NCBI GenBank assembly: GCA_003971905.1
Contig: RSEE01000077.1
Span: 186,001 to 250,000 of the forward strand
Source: Moniliella sp. 'wahieum'
Lineage: Eukaryota
Direction of reading: 5' to 3'
Length of the DNA: 64,000 nt
Positions 29,304 through 42,127 of this stretch are shown piece after piece. A program made the position numbers and the translations under genes. Numbering within the stretch: position 1 is the stretch's first letter; each line of letters starts with the position of its first letter. Below the pieces are notes generated by a model. It made no database searches. It saw only the letters and a program-made list of their open reading frames with translations, and was not told the DNA's origin.

Positions 29304-29859
29304 TAACCTGGTTTCGATTTGGCCTGAATTGCTTTACTTGACTCGTAGCTTCCCTTGCCCTTTGTGTCATTGGATTCCCCTTGGCCGGTTGCCCTTCCTC
29401 TTGTCCTGCTTCAACGTTCTACGTTCGTTCTGATTTTCTGACGTGTACCATCCTCCTCCTGTGCCTATACATGGCTTGAGGCGTGCCGATCCGTGTCCCA
29501 TCGAAACATGTCCCACGGCGCTCTGGTACAGCCTTGACTACTATCCCAAATGCCCACCTCGTTATCCCTCTCTCCCTACCACCAACACTTATCAGTGACT
29601 CCCTTCCTCATCTTTCATTCCCCTGCACAGATTCTGCGGTTGAACTTGCTTTCTCTACCCACGCTTAGTACCCCCCCCCTTGCCCTCCTACCTGGGTTTG
29701 CTGTCTCGCGTTTTGCTTTGCCAATATCCAAGCATACGCAGTGTATGACACTTTGATTCCCCCATTGTTGGACGAATGTAGAACCGTAATACCGTAATGC
29801 CGTAATGCCGTCTGCCATAGTGCACCTTATAGCGTTCCACCTCGTCGCGGTGCACTCCC

Positions 29860-31443
29860 TCAAGAGGTTTCCAATGGCTTTCCAGCCGCTTGCCAAGCAT
29901 CCTCAATCGCAAGCTTGAGCAACGTCAGTCCCTTGCGCATATCCGACTCGCTCGCTTGTCCATACGCCACACGCAGGTAGGGCGAGACACGTTGGTCGGG
30001 GTAAAAGAGGAAGCCTGGCACAGCCACCACACCTCGCTTCAATGCATACTGCACCAACGCATTCGCGTCGCCCTCGGCATTGTCGCGGCTGGGGGGCAAG
30101 CGGAGCTTGAGCCAAAGGAACATGCCTGCGCGGGAGAGACCCAGGTGGCCAAAGGGGAAGCAGGCAGAAACAGAACCAGAAGCAGGGGGGGATTGGCATG
30201 GCAAACACACTTTTTGCCACTGCCTCCATTGGTCGCGCTTGGTACGGTAAAAGAGAGCGGCGCGATCGCACGAGCGCAAAAAGCCTTCCTCGCCCCAATA
30301 CTGGAGGAGTGTAGCTGTGATGGCAGCGGCCGGTCCGCTAGCCTGCATACTGGATGCCGTGCCTACCGTATCAATTGCCTGTAGAATAGGCACGGCAGCG
30401 GTCACGTACCCGATCCGCATTCCGGCCGAGATGACCTTACTAAACGAATCCAGGCGGACCACGCGGCCATCGCCCCAGGTGGCGACTTGTTCTGTTCGAG
30501 AGCGAGGTACGAAGGGGTGCGAGGTCGACGGACCGCATCTTCCACGCCCAATCCCTCGTCAAAGGCAAGGTAGTAGTACGGATCGTCTTCGATGATCAGC
30601 AGGCCGTATTGACGGGCCAAAGCGAGCACCTGACGCTTCCGCTCGGCCGTGGCGGATGTACCGGACGGGTTGCCGCCCACAGGCACGGTATAGAGAGCTT
30701 TGGGAAACGATTTGTGTTTCGTTTCAGGATGGGTAGTCCAGTTGGCAAGGATGGCGGCGAGGGCGGTACTGCTTAGGCCGCCGGCGTCGGTTGGGACCGG
30801 GTGGGGGTAGGCATTAAGGATGCGGATGCAGGGCAAGACGCCGCTGCAAAGGATGGGAGGGTTAGCACAGTAGAAGCGTTGGGGAAACGCATACACGATC
30901 AGGATGGAATGAATGCATACGGGTACGCTGGCGCCTCGACTAGGATCGTGTCGCCCGAGCTGAGCAAGGATTTGAATACCTTGTCAATCACATCTTGCAC
31001 CCCAGCGCCAAAGGCGATGCCCCATGGAGTATGGAAGGTGGGTTTGGCCGTCGGCGGCCGGCACATAGAGGGGACGGTTGTGGGCGAGGGTGGTATGATT
31101 GACAACCCAGTCGTACAGAAGCGTGAGGCCATGGGCAGGCCCATACTGTAACGCCTCGTTGAGCACATGGGCATCCACCGTCAATTCTGGAGCGTCGTTC
31201 CGTCCACCCGGTCAGGCACCGTGACCTTGAGTTCCTTAAAGCTGAACAGCTCGGCAGCTGGCAGGCCGCCTCCCAGGGAGACTTTGCCCCGCACCTGGTC
31301 GGGAGTAAAGAGACCGCGGATTGCGCCTTGGGGCCAGTTCTGGGCCAGGTGGGAGAGGTAGGGGTGTAGTCGAGGTGGGGCGTGGGGCGGTGCGCTGGGC
31401 CTGGGCCCGACGGGGGGAGGGCAGGGGGGGTGGGGTGGGTCAT
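29860..31443 (-). CDS. PLP-dependent aromatic amino acid / 2-aminoadipate aminotransferase (ARO8-like)
   Basis: SLGGGLP-LFSF, ALQYGPAHG, ILVEAPAYP, LYTVPVGGNPSG, LIIEDDPYYYL, VRLDSFSKVISAGMRIG (PLP lysine), AGMFLW, GVVAVPG. Confidence 0.9.
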
Positions 31444-32030
31444 GGCAGGTGGATGGGGAGAGTGTCGATGGGGGCAGGACCAAGATGGGGGGGACCAAGA
31501 TAGACAGCGCATGCCAGGGCCGATATACATGAACATGACGCCGACGGAGACCACGGCCAAGGCGATAGCGGGCTGGCACGGGCGACGGCCAAGGCGATGA
31601 TGGTGTGTTGTCGTGATCGCTGCGTGTGGGCGTGTGGGCGTGAGGGGTGAGGTTAGGTGAGGGCCGTGCCAATCGACAGTGGCACGTGGGCGCGCCCAGT
31701 GGGAGAGCACGAGCGGGTGTCTGAGGATGGGCAGCGCATCCCATATGCTAAGCTCAAGCCCCGTTATGTCCGAGCGAGCGGCGTGGCCGGTGGGGTCGGG
31801 GCCAGCGCAGTGGCACAAACGTTCAATAGTTCACTTGGGCCCACCCAGCTTCCAGCACACTGCAACGTTCAACGCCCGCTCTTGCAATTTCAACTCTGCC
31901 GCCGGCCTGAGCCTGAGGATGCGGCGACGGACCAGGCAGCAGGAGCCAGGGCCATTCGCCCAGCGTCCGATTTCCTTCGCTACGCCGCTGCTCGAGCAAG
32001 GGGGGCCCGCCTTAGCACCCACCATCGCCC

Positions 32031-35000
32031 ATGCCGTTGAAAGCACAGCTCAAGGCCGCGCGCAGCGCCTTGGCAGCCCGTGACTACGGGCTGGCGCTGA
32101 CCAGTGCCGAGCGCGTGCTTGCATTCGAGTCGGACAACTACTTTGCCCTCGTCTTCCGCGCTGCCGCCCTCGCTGGTCTCGATCGTCTTCCCGACGCCAC
32201 CCAAGCGTTCGATCGCGCCATTGCCGCCAAACCCTCTGACTCCCTTGCCTGGGACGGTAAAATCAAGATGTACATCAATGCTGGAAGCTGGAATGAGGCC
32301 AGGAACACGCTCCATGCATATGCCGACCAGCTCTTGGCCCAAGGCGAGGCAACGCCCTTGGCCACGAGCCTCGAATTGCTCCTCAAGCTGACCCAAAACA
32401 TGCCGGAAAGGCCGAGGTATGTCGTCTTGTTTTCTTGGATGGAATTAGACCCGAGCTGACTGATTGTGGGGGCTGTGCAGCTGGCCCAAGTGCTGCTCCT
32501 CTTCCTCCCGGGGTCGCGCTACTACCCGCTCTTGTCGACCTTGCCACCTCCGGACCAGAGCCGGCCCAAAGCAACAACAACGTTTCAGACGCAGTTGTAC
32601 GTGCACGATGCCCATAGCACTCTGAGCCTGTACCAAGAGGTGCTTCAATACTTCTTCGATATCGAGGAGGAAACCATCAACAAGGACGTGCAGGCACGGC
32701 GGATGCGGTTGCCTTCGACTGCGACCAGCCGCGGCCTGGGCAGAACAACCGCGATGCGCTGACCAATGCGGCCGGGGTCGACATTTGGGCCCACTCCCGC
32801 ATCCCGTCCTTGCTCCAGGGCGTGCTCGACCACCCGGGCACGACTGACCAAGGACGCCGCTGGGCTGAGGCAGAGCTGCTGCGATACCAGTATCGGCTGT
32901 TGCTGGCCCTTCCCCCCAAGCAGGAGGGTGATAAGGCAAAGGGCCAGGGCAAGCGCCCCAAGGGCCCGGACAAATCGGCGCTAAGGAGCCAAGTGCAAGA
33001 AATGGCGCGCGGGATGGTCATTCTAGGTTTGCCAGATGCGTTGGCATGGAAGATCCACTTGGACTGGCAAGACGCTACCTTGGTCCAGTGGTCGGATCAG
33101 TTGAGCCGGCGTCGTACCGAGTTGCGCGAATGCGTCCAAGTCTTTGCCGCCGCTGGAGCTGAAGCAGCCGAGGCGATCCAGCTGGTTACGACCAAGTCCC
33201 GAAAGGCCAAGGCATTGACACAAGACCAAGTGGCGCACCGGGAACGTGTGGCGATCGCCGCATCAGCCAAGGCACTCCTGATCAAGCTGCGTGACCCTGG
33301 GCTGGCACAATACGAAGAGGCCAAGCGGGCTCAAGAGCAGCTTGCGACCGCTGGTAAGCCTCTGTGGATCAGGATGACATTGATTTGGACTTGGCCCAAG
33401 CGGCCGCGGAGCGTGCTGAGTTGGACCCCTTGTCCTTGGCCATGGCCGCGTCCGAATTAGATGAGACGCTTCTACTTCCTCGGCGCTTGAGCGCGCTCTT
33501 CTCGCTCTTGGATACCGACTGGAAGGCTAGTGAGGACAATGCATTGTCTGCTCTGCAATTTGTTCGCACCCTGGAAACTGCCACGGGCCTGTCTCTCCGA
33601 GGTCAAGACGTCCTTGAATGCCACTGTCGCTTCGGCGTTGGTGCGCAGAGCGATCGCCCAAGGTGCATTGGCCGCTAGCGCACCCGCTCCCACCACGGTT
33701 CAGAGCCGGAACGAACAGAACCCCCTCTTGGTGCGCGCCCACAAGTACATTGATGGTGTGCTCCGTCACCAGCCCGATCGCATCGATACGCTGTTCGAGC
33801 TTGGCTTGGCGCTTGAATGCGAGGGCGAATGGTCTTCATCTGCCGAGACGTTTACCCGGTAGAAGAGATCAGCGCAGCAGCAACAGAAACGGAGGCGGAG
33901 ACGGAGACGGAGACGCGGGCCCTGAGTCTACTTCAGCGGCCGCAGGTGGAGGCGGAGGCAGAGTTGGGTTGGTGCTCGGCCCAACTTGGTGAATACGAGC
34001 TGGCCGCAGCCCAGCTGGAAAATGTGCTCCACCAGATTGGCGGGAGAGCAATGGGAACACATTGACGGGTCTGAAACCTACCGGGCCCGCATCTGGTGGC
34101 GGGCGGGCGAATGCGCGTGGCGTTGGATGCGGCAAGTGATGGAGCAAGACGATGTGGTGGTGGAAGAGGTGTCGGCACATAAACACAAGGCATTCACATC
34201 GTTCATCACCTCGCTCAAACGTTCGCCCTCGTTTGCACCAAGCTTTACCTCGCTCGGATTCTACTACCAAGAGGAAGCTCGTTTGGTTGCGGCCTCCAAT
34301 GCCCAGCAAGCGGCTGCCTACATGAACGAAGCGTCAAATGCTTCCAAAAGGCATTTGAGCTTGATGCTCGCGAAGCCGCGGCAGGCTACGAGTTGGCTCG
34401 TGAGTTTTCCCAAGAGCGTGAATGGGAACTGGTGGAAGTCATTGCTCGTCGAGTGATTCAAGGTGAGGGCGGGGAGAGCAGTACTCGCGGCAAAAACAAG
34501 ACTCCTGCCGCTTCGGCGACGCGCAACCCTTGGGCCTGGAGAGCCATTGGCACGGTAGAGCTACAGGCGAACCATGCCGAGAGGCCATTGCTGCGTTCCA
34601 AGTGGCTCTACGTACGGAAGAGAACTCCTCCTCGTTGTGGCACTTACGGCGATGCCTATGCTCGCGGTGGGAGGTTCACCGCTTCCCTTAAGGCCTTAGA
34701 GCGAGCCTGGGAGCTTGCCTCGCACGGTCGCTTGCAGCAGGAAGCGATCGAGGCCGACTGGCCCTTGCTGTACACGGCGTCGGAAGTGTACAACTGCATG
34801 GGTCAGTATGAGCCTTCGCTCGCCTTGCTCCGTTCCATTCTTGATGCTCTTCCCTCTACCAAGCCTGAGAGGGGTGTGGTGCAAGTGGCGTATGCCGAGA
34901 CCCATTTGCTCGCCGCACGCCATGCTGAGGCTCATGGCTATCCGGGCGTAGCCGCAGGGGCTATGTCCAAGCGCTCACCCATGCCTTGGAGGGAAACATG

Positions 35001-36909
35001 ACAGCCCGCGCTGTGTGGAAGGTGGTTGCTGACGCTGCCTGGGCTCTCGGTGGGCTTCCGCCCCGCACTGTCCAGGGTCAGGAGGTGACCCTTCTCCAGC
35101 GCGTCCTCAAAGCGGCTGAAACTCTCCAGGCCGATCAAAAGTTGCCTGCCGTGACGACGGGCTCGCAGTCCGCTCTGCAAATGGTGCTTGCTGAATTGGA
35201 GGCTGAACTGCACCGGAGGCCAATGCGCTGGCGTCCGCGTACACTCTGGTAGCAGTGCACGTGTACAAGTGCTTGCTGTCTCAACGCGGGAATGGGTGAG
35301 GACGTTGCGGCCGCGGCCTGGTACGATCTTGCTATGGCCCTCTTTAGTGTGGTTCAACGTTCCAGCAATCGCACCTTCCGAAACGGTTCGCGAAATGGAG
35401 CCGCCGCAAGCCCAAAGCGAGGCGCTGGGCGGTGCGTGAGTCGCTACGTCTAGATGGAAGTCCGCTCGATCGTGGGCACTGGTGAGCAACCTTACGCGCG
35501 AGACAAGCCCAAACTTGCTCAGCACGCTCTGATTCGTGCCATCGAGTGCGATCCCCAGGTACGTTGCTTTTTTTTTCTCTGAGACCTAAGAAGACATTAT
35601 TGACTCGCTATGGTGGTATCTACAGTCGCCCATCCCTTGGACTCAACTTGGTTTGCTCTACATTGGGGCCAACGAAGGGCAGTTGGCTAACCAGGCTTGG
35701 TGCGGGCCCAATCGTTGGATCCAGACTATGCGCCAGCCTGGGCTGGTCAAGGTGTGGTTGCTTCTCGTTTCCATGGCGACACGGAAGCAGCGAAAATGCT
35801 GTTTGACCATGCTGTTCGCCTGTCTGAGGGGTCCCTTGCCGAAGCCGACCATGGCCTTGCGTACGCTGTACAAGAGCTTTTGTCCAGCCCCTCACCGGGT
35901 GTCCGAGCACCCACAACCAAGGGCGAGCTGGAGATGGCCTCTTTGCCTTGGATGCTTACCTAGCGCAGCCATCGGGCGCAGTGAATGTGGGTGCGGGACT
36001 TCTTGCAGGCTTTTGCTGAACGGCGGGGCATCGCACTGGCGACCGATCGGATGGAGCGGGCAGCTAAGGCTCTGGAGCTAGCCTACGAGGCGTCTGAGGA
36101 TGCGAGCACCATGGCGCGGTATGGTCTGGCACAAACCAACTTGGCTCGGATCCGACTGGCTGAGGGTCAAGCCCAACAGGCCGAGCTCATCTTCGAGGAG
36201 GCCTTGGCTCTCCTTCCCGAGCCAGAGGAGTGTGGCGGGCGTGACGCCTGCGTTGATTTGGCGGGCCAGGGTGCAGGCCCAAGCTGGAATGGCACTTGCC
36301 CGCTTTGGCAACTGCACGACGCCGGTAACGCATCCGAAGCGGTTGGCACTTTGGAGGATGCACTGTCGATGCTTAGCTCCGGACGAGACGAGGTTACAAG
36401 CGCCGCGGCCAGACGGAGATTCCAGGTGCGGAGCTTCGCGGCCCTGTTGGAAGAGGAAGTGCAGAGCGAAGAGGAGGCCAAGAAACGATACCATTCGCGC
36501 ATTGCTGCCGCGTTGGCAGGGGTACTGGACGGGTTGGAGTGTGTCGTGGTGCAAGCGCTCTACACGCGGGTGCACACGAGGCGGCATCCGCGGCACTGCT
36601 GACAATCGTATCAGAGCGGCCGCATTGCGTACGTGCGGTGGCCCAACTGGCCGCTGCAGGGCTTGCACAGGGCGAGGAGGACCTGGTCGCCGCAGCCCTG
36701 TCCGAGCTGCCCGCTGGGGCGGACGTACGATGCTGGTTGGCCTTGGGAAGGCAGTCACAGAGACTGGCGAAGAGGCGGTGGGCGAGGAGCAACCCCAGAC
36801 GGGTGTGCAGCAGCAGACCATGGTCGCCTCGGCTGAACAGCCACGCGGAGTGGCGGGGGTGCATGCGGCACCCTACGACGCGCGCACCTGGGCCAGTGTG
36901 GTCGCATAG
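32031..36909 (+). CDS. SKI3: Superkiller complex TPR subunit
   Basis: N-terminus LKAARSALAARDY-VLAFESDNYFALVF; LFLPGSRYYPLLSTLPPPD; AFTSFITSLKRSPSFAPSFTSLGFYY; CFQKAFELDA; NPWAWRAIG; RAQSLDPDYAPAWAGQG; introns 32417-32480 and 35558-35625. Confidence 0.88.
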
Positions 36910-38626
36910 CCTGCCGGCAAATGAACATGGATTTCGAGGGCACATGTGTTCTCACAGCATAGACTGCCAATGAGGCGTAAGCGGAGGAGCACTGAAGCAC
37001 ATGACAAGAGAGCGGCATAAGAACGTCGAAGGCCCAACACCTTGGTATGAGACCCACTGAAGAGGGAAAAAATGGGCGAAAGGTATAAGAACGCCGGCGG
37101 GTATCGGGCGGCGCACAGAAGAGAGGTGGCACCTTGGCCACCACCGCCACCGCCACCTCTCTCTCCGTTACGTGCTGTCCTTCTTCAATGTGGTACACGA
37201 TGTCATCACCGGCGACGATACGAGTCGGGCTTTCTTCCCCATCTCCTCTCCTCCAACCAAGCTCTCCCCACCATTATCTGGTGCACCCTTCTCGCAACTG
37301 CGCCTCCTAAGAGTACCCAGTTGGGCACTCGGCACTTGGTTGATCTTCGTCAAGTTGTTGACGCCCTACACTACGCTTTTGTTTCGCCCTCCTGTGTTAG
37401 CATGGTTGGACAACGCTAGCGATGCTGAGTTGAACTGTGGCAGAGTAGCCTACGCCTGCGCTCTCCCCTGCGTGTTTGATCAACGTTCAGTAAGCTCAGT
37501 CGGACGCCGAACACGCTAGTACAGGCCCGCCCCCCTCTCTTGCTCTTGCTCCTGCGTCGCAACACGCCCACAGCCCACACTGCCTCATTGGAGGTTGAAG
37601 CTGCGCTGAAGGCGAAGACAACGCATGTCGTGCCATCTCCTACGCCAATACTACAACAGAGACCAGAATAGGAATGTGTTTGGTATGAAGTGCAATTCAT
37701 AAGAGTCAACCAGCCCCTGGTAGAAGCAAGGTGAAAAGGAAAAGATTGGGAAAGTGAGCGCCAGCGACCAGTGTGTAAGGGAGGCGGCACTCGTGGCGAC
37801 CTCGTGTGCAAGCACAAGCGATGGAAGCCGAAGACGCAAAGAGTGGAATGACAAGTACAGCTGGGCAGTGCCCAGCGTAACAGTTGTCAAACTGTTAAGA
37901 ACAGATACTACACTTGATCTAAGCCAGAAGGCCAGAAGAGTTGGGGAAAAACAGCAGAGATGCCCCCCGAGGACGCCCTTAATAGACACGCGCCATTCAA
38001 CCCTACCCTGGTTGGAACGAATATCCAATTCTCAACACTCGCAGGGAACCAGTGTGCCGGACCGGTTTATTGCGGAAGCGTTACTTCACTGGCGCTGTGC
38101 CTGCATCTCTGCGGTCGAGCCTCCACTTCCTGTTTTGGTGCATTTCGCTTGGCTGTTCGCTGTGAACCAGCTGGTGCGGAACGCGCATGGCAGGTGCGCG
38201 GAACAGTCAGGCTCAGACACAGGCCCATGCCCACGTACCACGCATCCCCCTTTTCATAAAACAGAGAGGCCGTTTCCCAAGTGCTGACCTAATAGCACGT
38301 GTAGCCCAGCCACTCGCCTCAGCGCCTCAGCACCATACATGGCAGCACCTTACATTAAATCCACCTAACCCCACCATCCCCCTGTTTTTTGGGACGGTTC
38401 GCAATTCTGCACGTCATCGCCCAGCCAGTCCAGGCCAGTCCTGCTCTCCACCGCACCATCACCCCCCCCCACCTCCTTCCCGCTAATGGCCTTGCCGAGG
38501 CTGCTGCGCAATGAATTTCATGCCGCACAGCAGCGTCGCGTTCACCTTCTCTGTCTTTCCTTTCTTTCCCGCCTCTTCCCCTGCTATGTCATAAGTCACA
38601 GAACGCTTCGTCAACAGGACACTCCG

Positions 38627-40437
38627 TCAACAGGGCACTACACGACCGGGTAATCCGGACGGTGGAACGGTCAACCTATGTGGATCCGGTGGCCCAGCAG
38701 GGCGGATGGACGAGGGAACGGTGCCTGCCGTGGCTCCAGTAAACGATGACGATGACGGTTGGGCAATGGAACAGTCGCCAGCATAACCGTTGCTAAGCTG
38801 GTTACGGTGGCTACGGTTACCGATCAACGCTGGCCCATGGAACGGTGGACAAGCTGACAACGACGGAATGGTGGCGATGGTTGGGACGACGGAGAACGGT
38901 GGCGAAGGTGGCGGCCACGGAACGGTGGCGAAGGTAGCCCATCCTGACCAAGGATAGAACGTCAGGCGGGGCTCCTGACAATGTGCTTTCCTGCTACTGA
39001 CAACGGACGGGCATGCTACGCCACCTGAATATGATGGAATGTTAAAACCTATGTCGAATGTTGGAGTCTCTGTGGACGATGAAACGGTGGACAGTGGGGA
39101 TGGGTGGGGAAAAAGGAACGGTGAACCAGGGGTAAGGGGCATATGGAACGATGGACTAGGGGAGAAAGGTGGCCGTGGGTGTTTGCAACCAACACGGAGA
39201 AAGGCTGGGGCTTCGCACGGTGAAAGCATTAGGAGTACGTATACCGGGCCGTAGGCCAGGGTGGTCCTCTAGTTGGACGACAAATTGGACGAGGCTAAGA
39301 AGAGACATGACGTGCGACTTCGAGGAGCGCATCAGCACTGGACTCTGTAGGAGGGAGATTGCTTCGGATGCCGACAGGTATTCATTCAGGCTGCATGGAA
39401 TGGTGCCTTATATACCAGAGGAGAAGGAGAAGCTATCACACGGTAGACCACGCGTGATGAGGGAAAAGAGAACACAAAAGGGGCAAGGAAGATCTAGAAC
39501 AAGGATCATACCCACATCCTGTGGGAATGGTGTGTGATCCGTCAGACTCGCCCGAGGAGAAGCGATCGGAGGTCGACAAAGGGGCGGAGCCGGGCGTGGA
39601 ATGGTCGTAGATAATGATGGGCGCAGACCCTGAAGCACTGTCGACCGCACGGTATGCTTGGAAGGTGCACTGCGGGGGTGCACAGCTAGTAAGTAGTCCA
39701 CATGGCCGGGTCCTGCTCATCCCGCAGCAGCGTCGCCAACGGATGCTTGTACCGCGGCGCGACAAGACCCATGGGTCGAGGCAGGTGACGAGATGGTGTC
39801 CGTGCGGCGGCGGCGACGGTGGGCGCGACGCAGCGGGATCCGGGCAGGCGGATGGCGGGCGGGGTCGCGCAAATGCACTTGGCATCGCTTGGCAACGCGC
39901 AAGGGGTCCTTCCCCTGCACCGAGACACGAGCGAGAAGGGTGAGGTTAGCAGAAGCGCTGGGCCTGGGCCTGGGCAACGGGCGAAGCGGAGAAGAAGGAA
40001 TACGCACGTTGAGCGGGATGTGCATGCCCTGGATGCTGTCCATGAGCACGACCGGCGTCAGGGGCCGGAGGCGGTGTGGAAGGGGGCAAAGTAGTTGAAC
40101 AGCGCAGTGCGCAGGTTGTTGGGGGCGGAGGTGAGCTCGGGGTGGTTGCAGCGACGGGAGGAGAGCTGGTCGGGCTGCCAGGCGGAGGTGAGGTGGCGCA
40201 TTCGCCGGTAGGCACCACGGCGAGGCGGATGGGCAGCGGTCGATCAGCAGGTGCAACTGCAGGGGCACTCGGTGCAGAAAACGATGAGCAGCGGCGGCGC
40301 ATTTGGTGGGTGGAGGTGGCGGTGGGCGAGGCGAGGCGGAGATGGAGGAAGCGGGAGACGATGGCAGGCGCGCTGCAGAGGATCTGGAGCGCGTGCTCGA
40401 TGGCGGGCATGCCGACGGCGACGGGGGCGACGGCCAT
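38627..40437 (-). other. Putative spliced transcript (hypothetical protein or lncRNA)
   Basis: TATATA at 40511-40516, ATG at 40437, canonical intron 39914-40007 (GTGCGT, GCTAAC, TGCAG); no recognisable domain. Confidence 0.3.
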
Positions 40438-40814
40438 CGGAGGGAGGAGCGGGATGGTTTGGTTTTGGTTGGTTCGGCAGTGCCGCTCGCCAGGGGGGGG
40501 CGTCGACGCGTATATAGCACGGGGCACGTGAAGCGCTGGTTAGCCAATGTATTGCCGAGTAGGCCCGTGCCCTGGTGGTCGCACTGAGGGAGCCACTGGT
40601 GCTCACGTTTGGTTAGTCACTGTACTGCCGAGCTGCCAGTCAATTTACTGTGCAGCTGGTTTCCCTCTGATGCCGGCCTGTAGCCTGCTCTCTGGTTTCT
40701 CCCCCAGAGAGACGCGTACGCTTGCTGTGCTCACACGCGGTTAATCATTCTATTGCCGAGCCTGCCTGCCCCTGGAACACTGCCGCAACCCGCCAGTGTT
40801 CGGGGGTAGATAGA

Positions 40815-42127
40815 TATATAGCCTGCCTACTAGGCCCTTGTGGCTGGCCCTGATGGCCTGTGCCGCCTTTTGACTGCGCACACCCGCGCCCCCTCTTAAT
40901 CTCATGCTCCTCTGCGGTGCATCCTGCCTCCTCACCATTGGTCCCTCTCATTGCGCCCTGTAGAAACTGGTTATCCCCCTCTCTGCAGCCAGCACATCGC
41001 GAGTGATGCTCTCTGTGCCACCGCGCAACAGCACCATCTTCTTCCCCTGTCCACACCAACATCACCATCGTTGTTGCCTGCACCGCCTGTTGCCCATATT
41101 CTTGGTCCCTCCCCTACCGCTCGTCGTCCTCGCCTCTGGTCCGCATTGCTGTCGTACGTCTCCATTCTCTCTCCCGCCACCTTCCGTCCTCCTCGCCTCG
41201 TCTTATCGCTGTGGACGTCCCCTCTGCCCCTCCCCCGTCCCCGACTCCCACTGTCTGCATTGCTTCTGTCGTACGTGTTCTCTTGCCCGCCAGTGCTCTT
41301 GCTGACCCGCCTACACAGATTCCCCTCGCGGGCCATATTGTCCTTGTTTCATCTGGTCCGCAGCGCCAGTCATCGTACGTGCCCGCTTCATCCGCATTCC
41401 CCTCGCTGCTGCTGACCCACGCTGACCTTGTGAGTCGCATGCATGATGTGCATGCCCCGTTTCGTTCGCCTTCGACCCACCCTTGTCCGTCTGCTCACTT
41501 TGGCTGTCTTGCTTACATGGTTTGCCTCGCCTCTGTAGTCCTCTCACTTGGTTGGTCTGCCTTGCCATCGTACGTCGCCCGTACTTCGCGCTTGGAGTTG
41601 TCCTGCCACTGACACTGACTGCACAGCTGCTGCACGGAATTCCACGGTTGGGTCGTCTCGCCTTGTTCGCCTCGGCTCATCTGACATGTTTTGCTGTTGT
41701 ACGCCCCTTCTGCCATATGCCAACGCTGTTCCTGACCTCGTCCGCCCTACCACTGTTCATTCCGACTTCATCCCGCTTGCCCTCGCTACTGGCTGACTTG
41801 ATCGCCGGACCCGTGAGTCCGTCGCACATCGTGTGTCTCTCACTAACCCTGTGCTACTGCTGATTTGGCCAGCTTCTCCCTAGTGCGCGCTCTCCTCACA
41901 ATAACCTGTCACCTGCTGTGTAGCTCACTTCTTTACTACATTGATGCTTCTGTCCTACGTCGCGCCTATCCGTGGTTGCCGTGTAATCGCAAAGGATTAT
42001 GGCCTTCATCTCTTTCTTATGTCTCATGGACCACCCCTTTCGGAACGCACAGCTCTCTACTGAGATGCAGAGAGGGAGAGAAGAAAGGGTTCTTCGCATA
42101 CTGCAGGAGATCATTCAAGATCGATAG
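40815..42127 (+). other. Putative transcript with nested spliceosomal introns and a 42-aa terminal small ORF (41999-42127)
   Basis: TATATA at 40815; 7 donor hexamers, more than 10 CTRAY-like branch sites, and AG dinucleotides mostly confined to acceptor or donor positions. Confidence 0.5.

Noticed and set aside
41430..41538. Box C/D snoRNA in the nested introns (ATGATG at 41443)
   Set aside because: Box C is imperfect and there is no CTGA box D or terminal stem in that intron.
41843..41850. CTAACCCT as a telomerase RNA template
   Set aside because: Only 8 nt, and it coincides with an ACTAAC branch site; no longer CTAACCCTAA template was seen.
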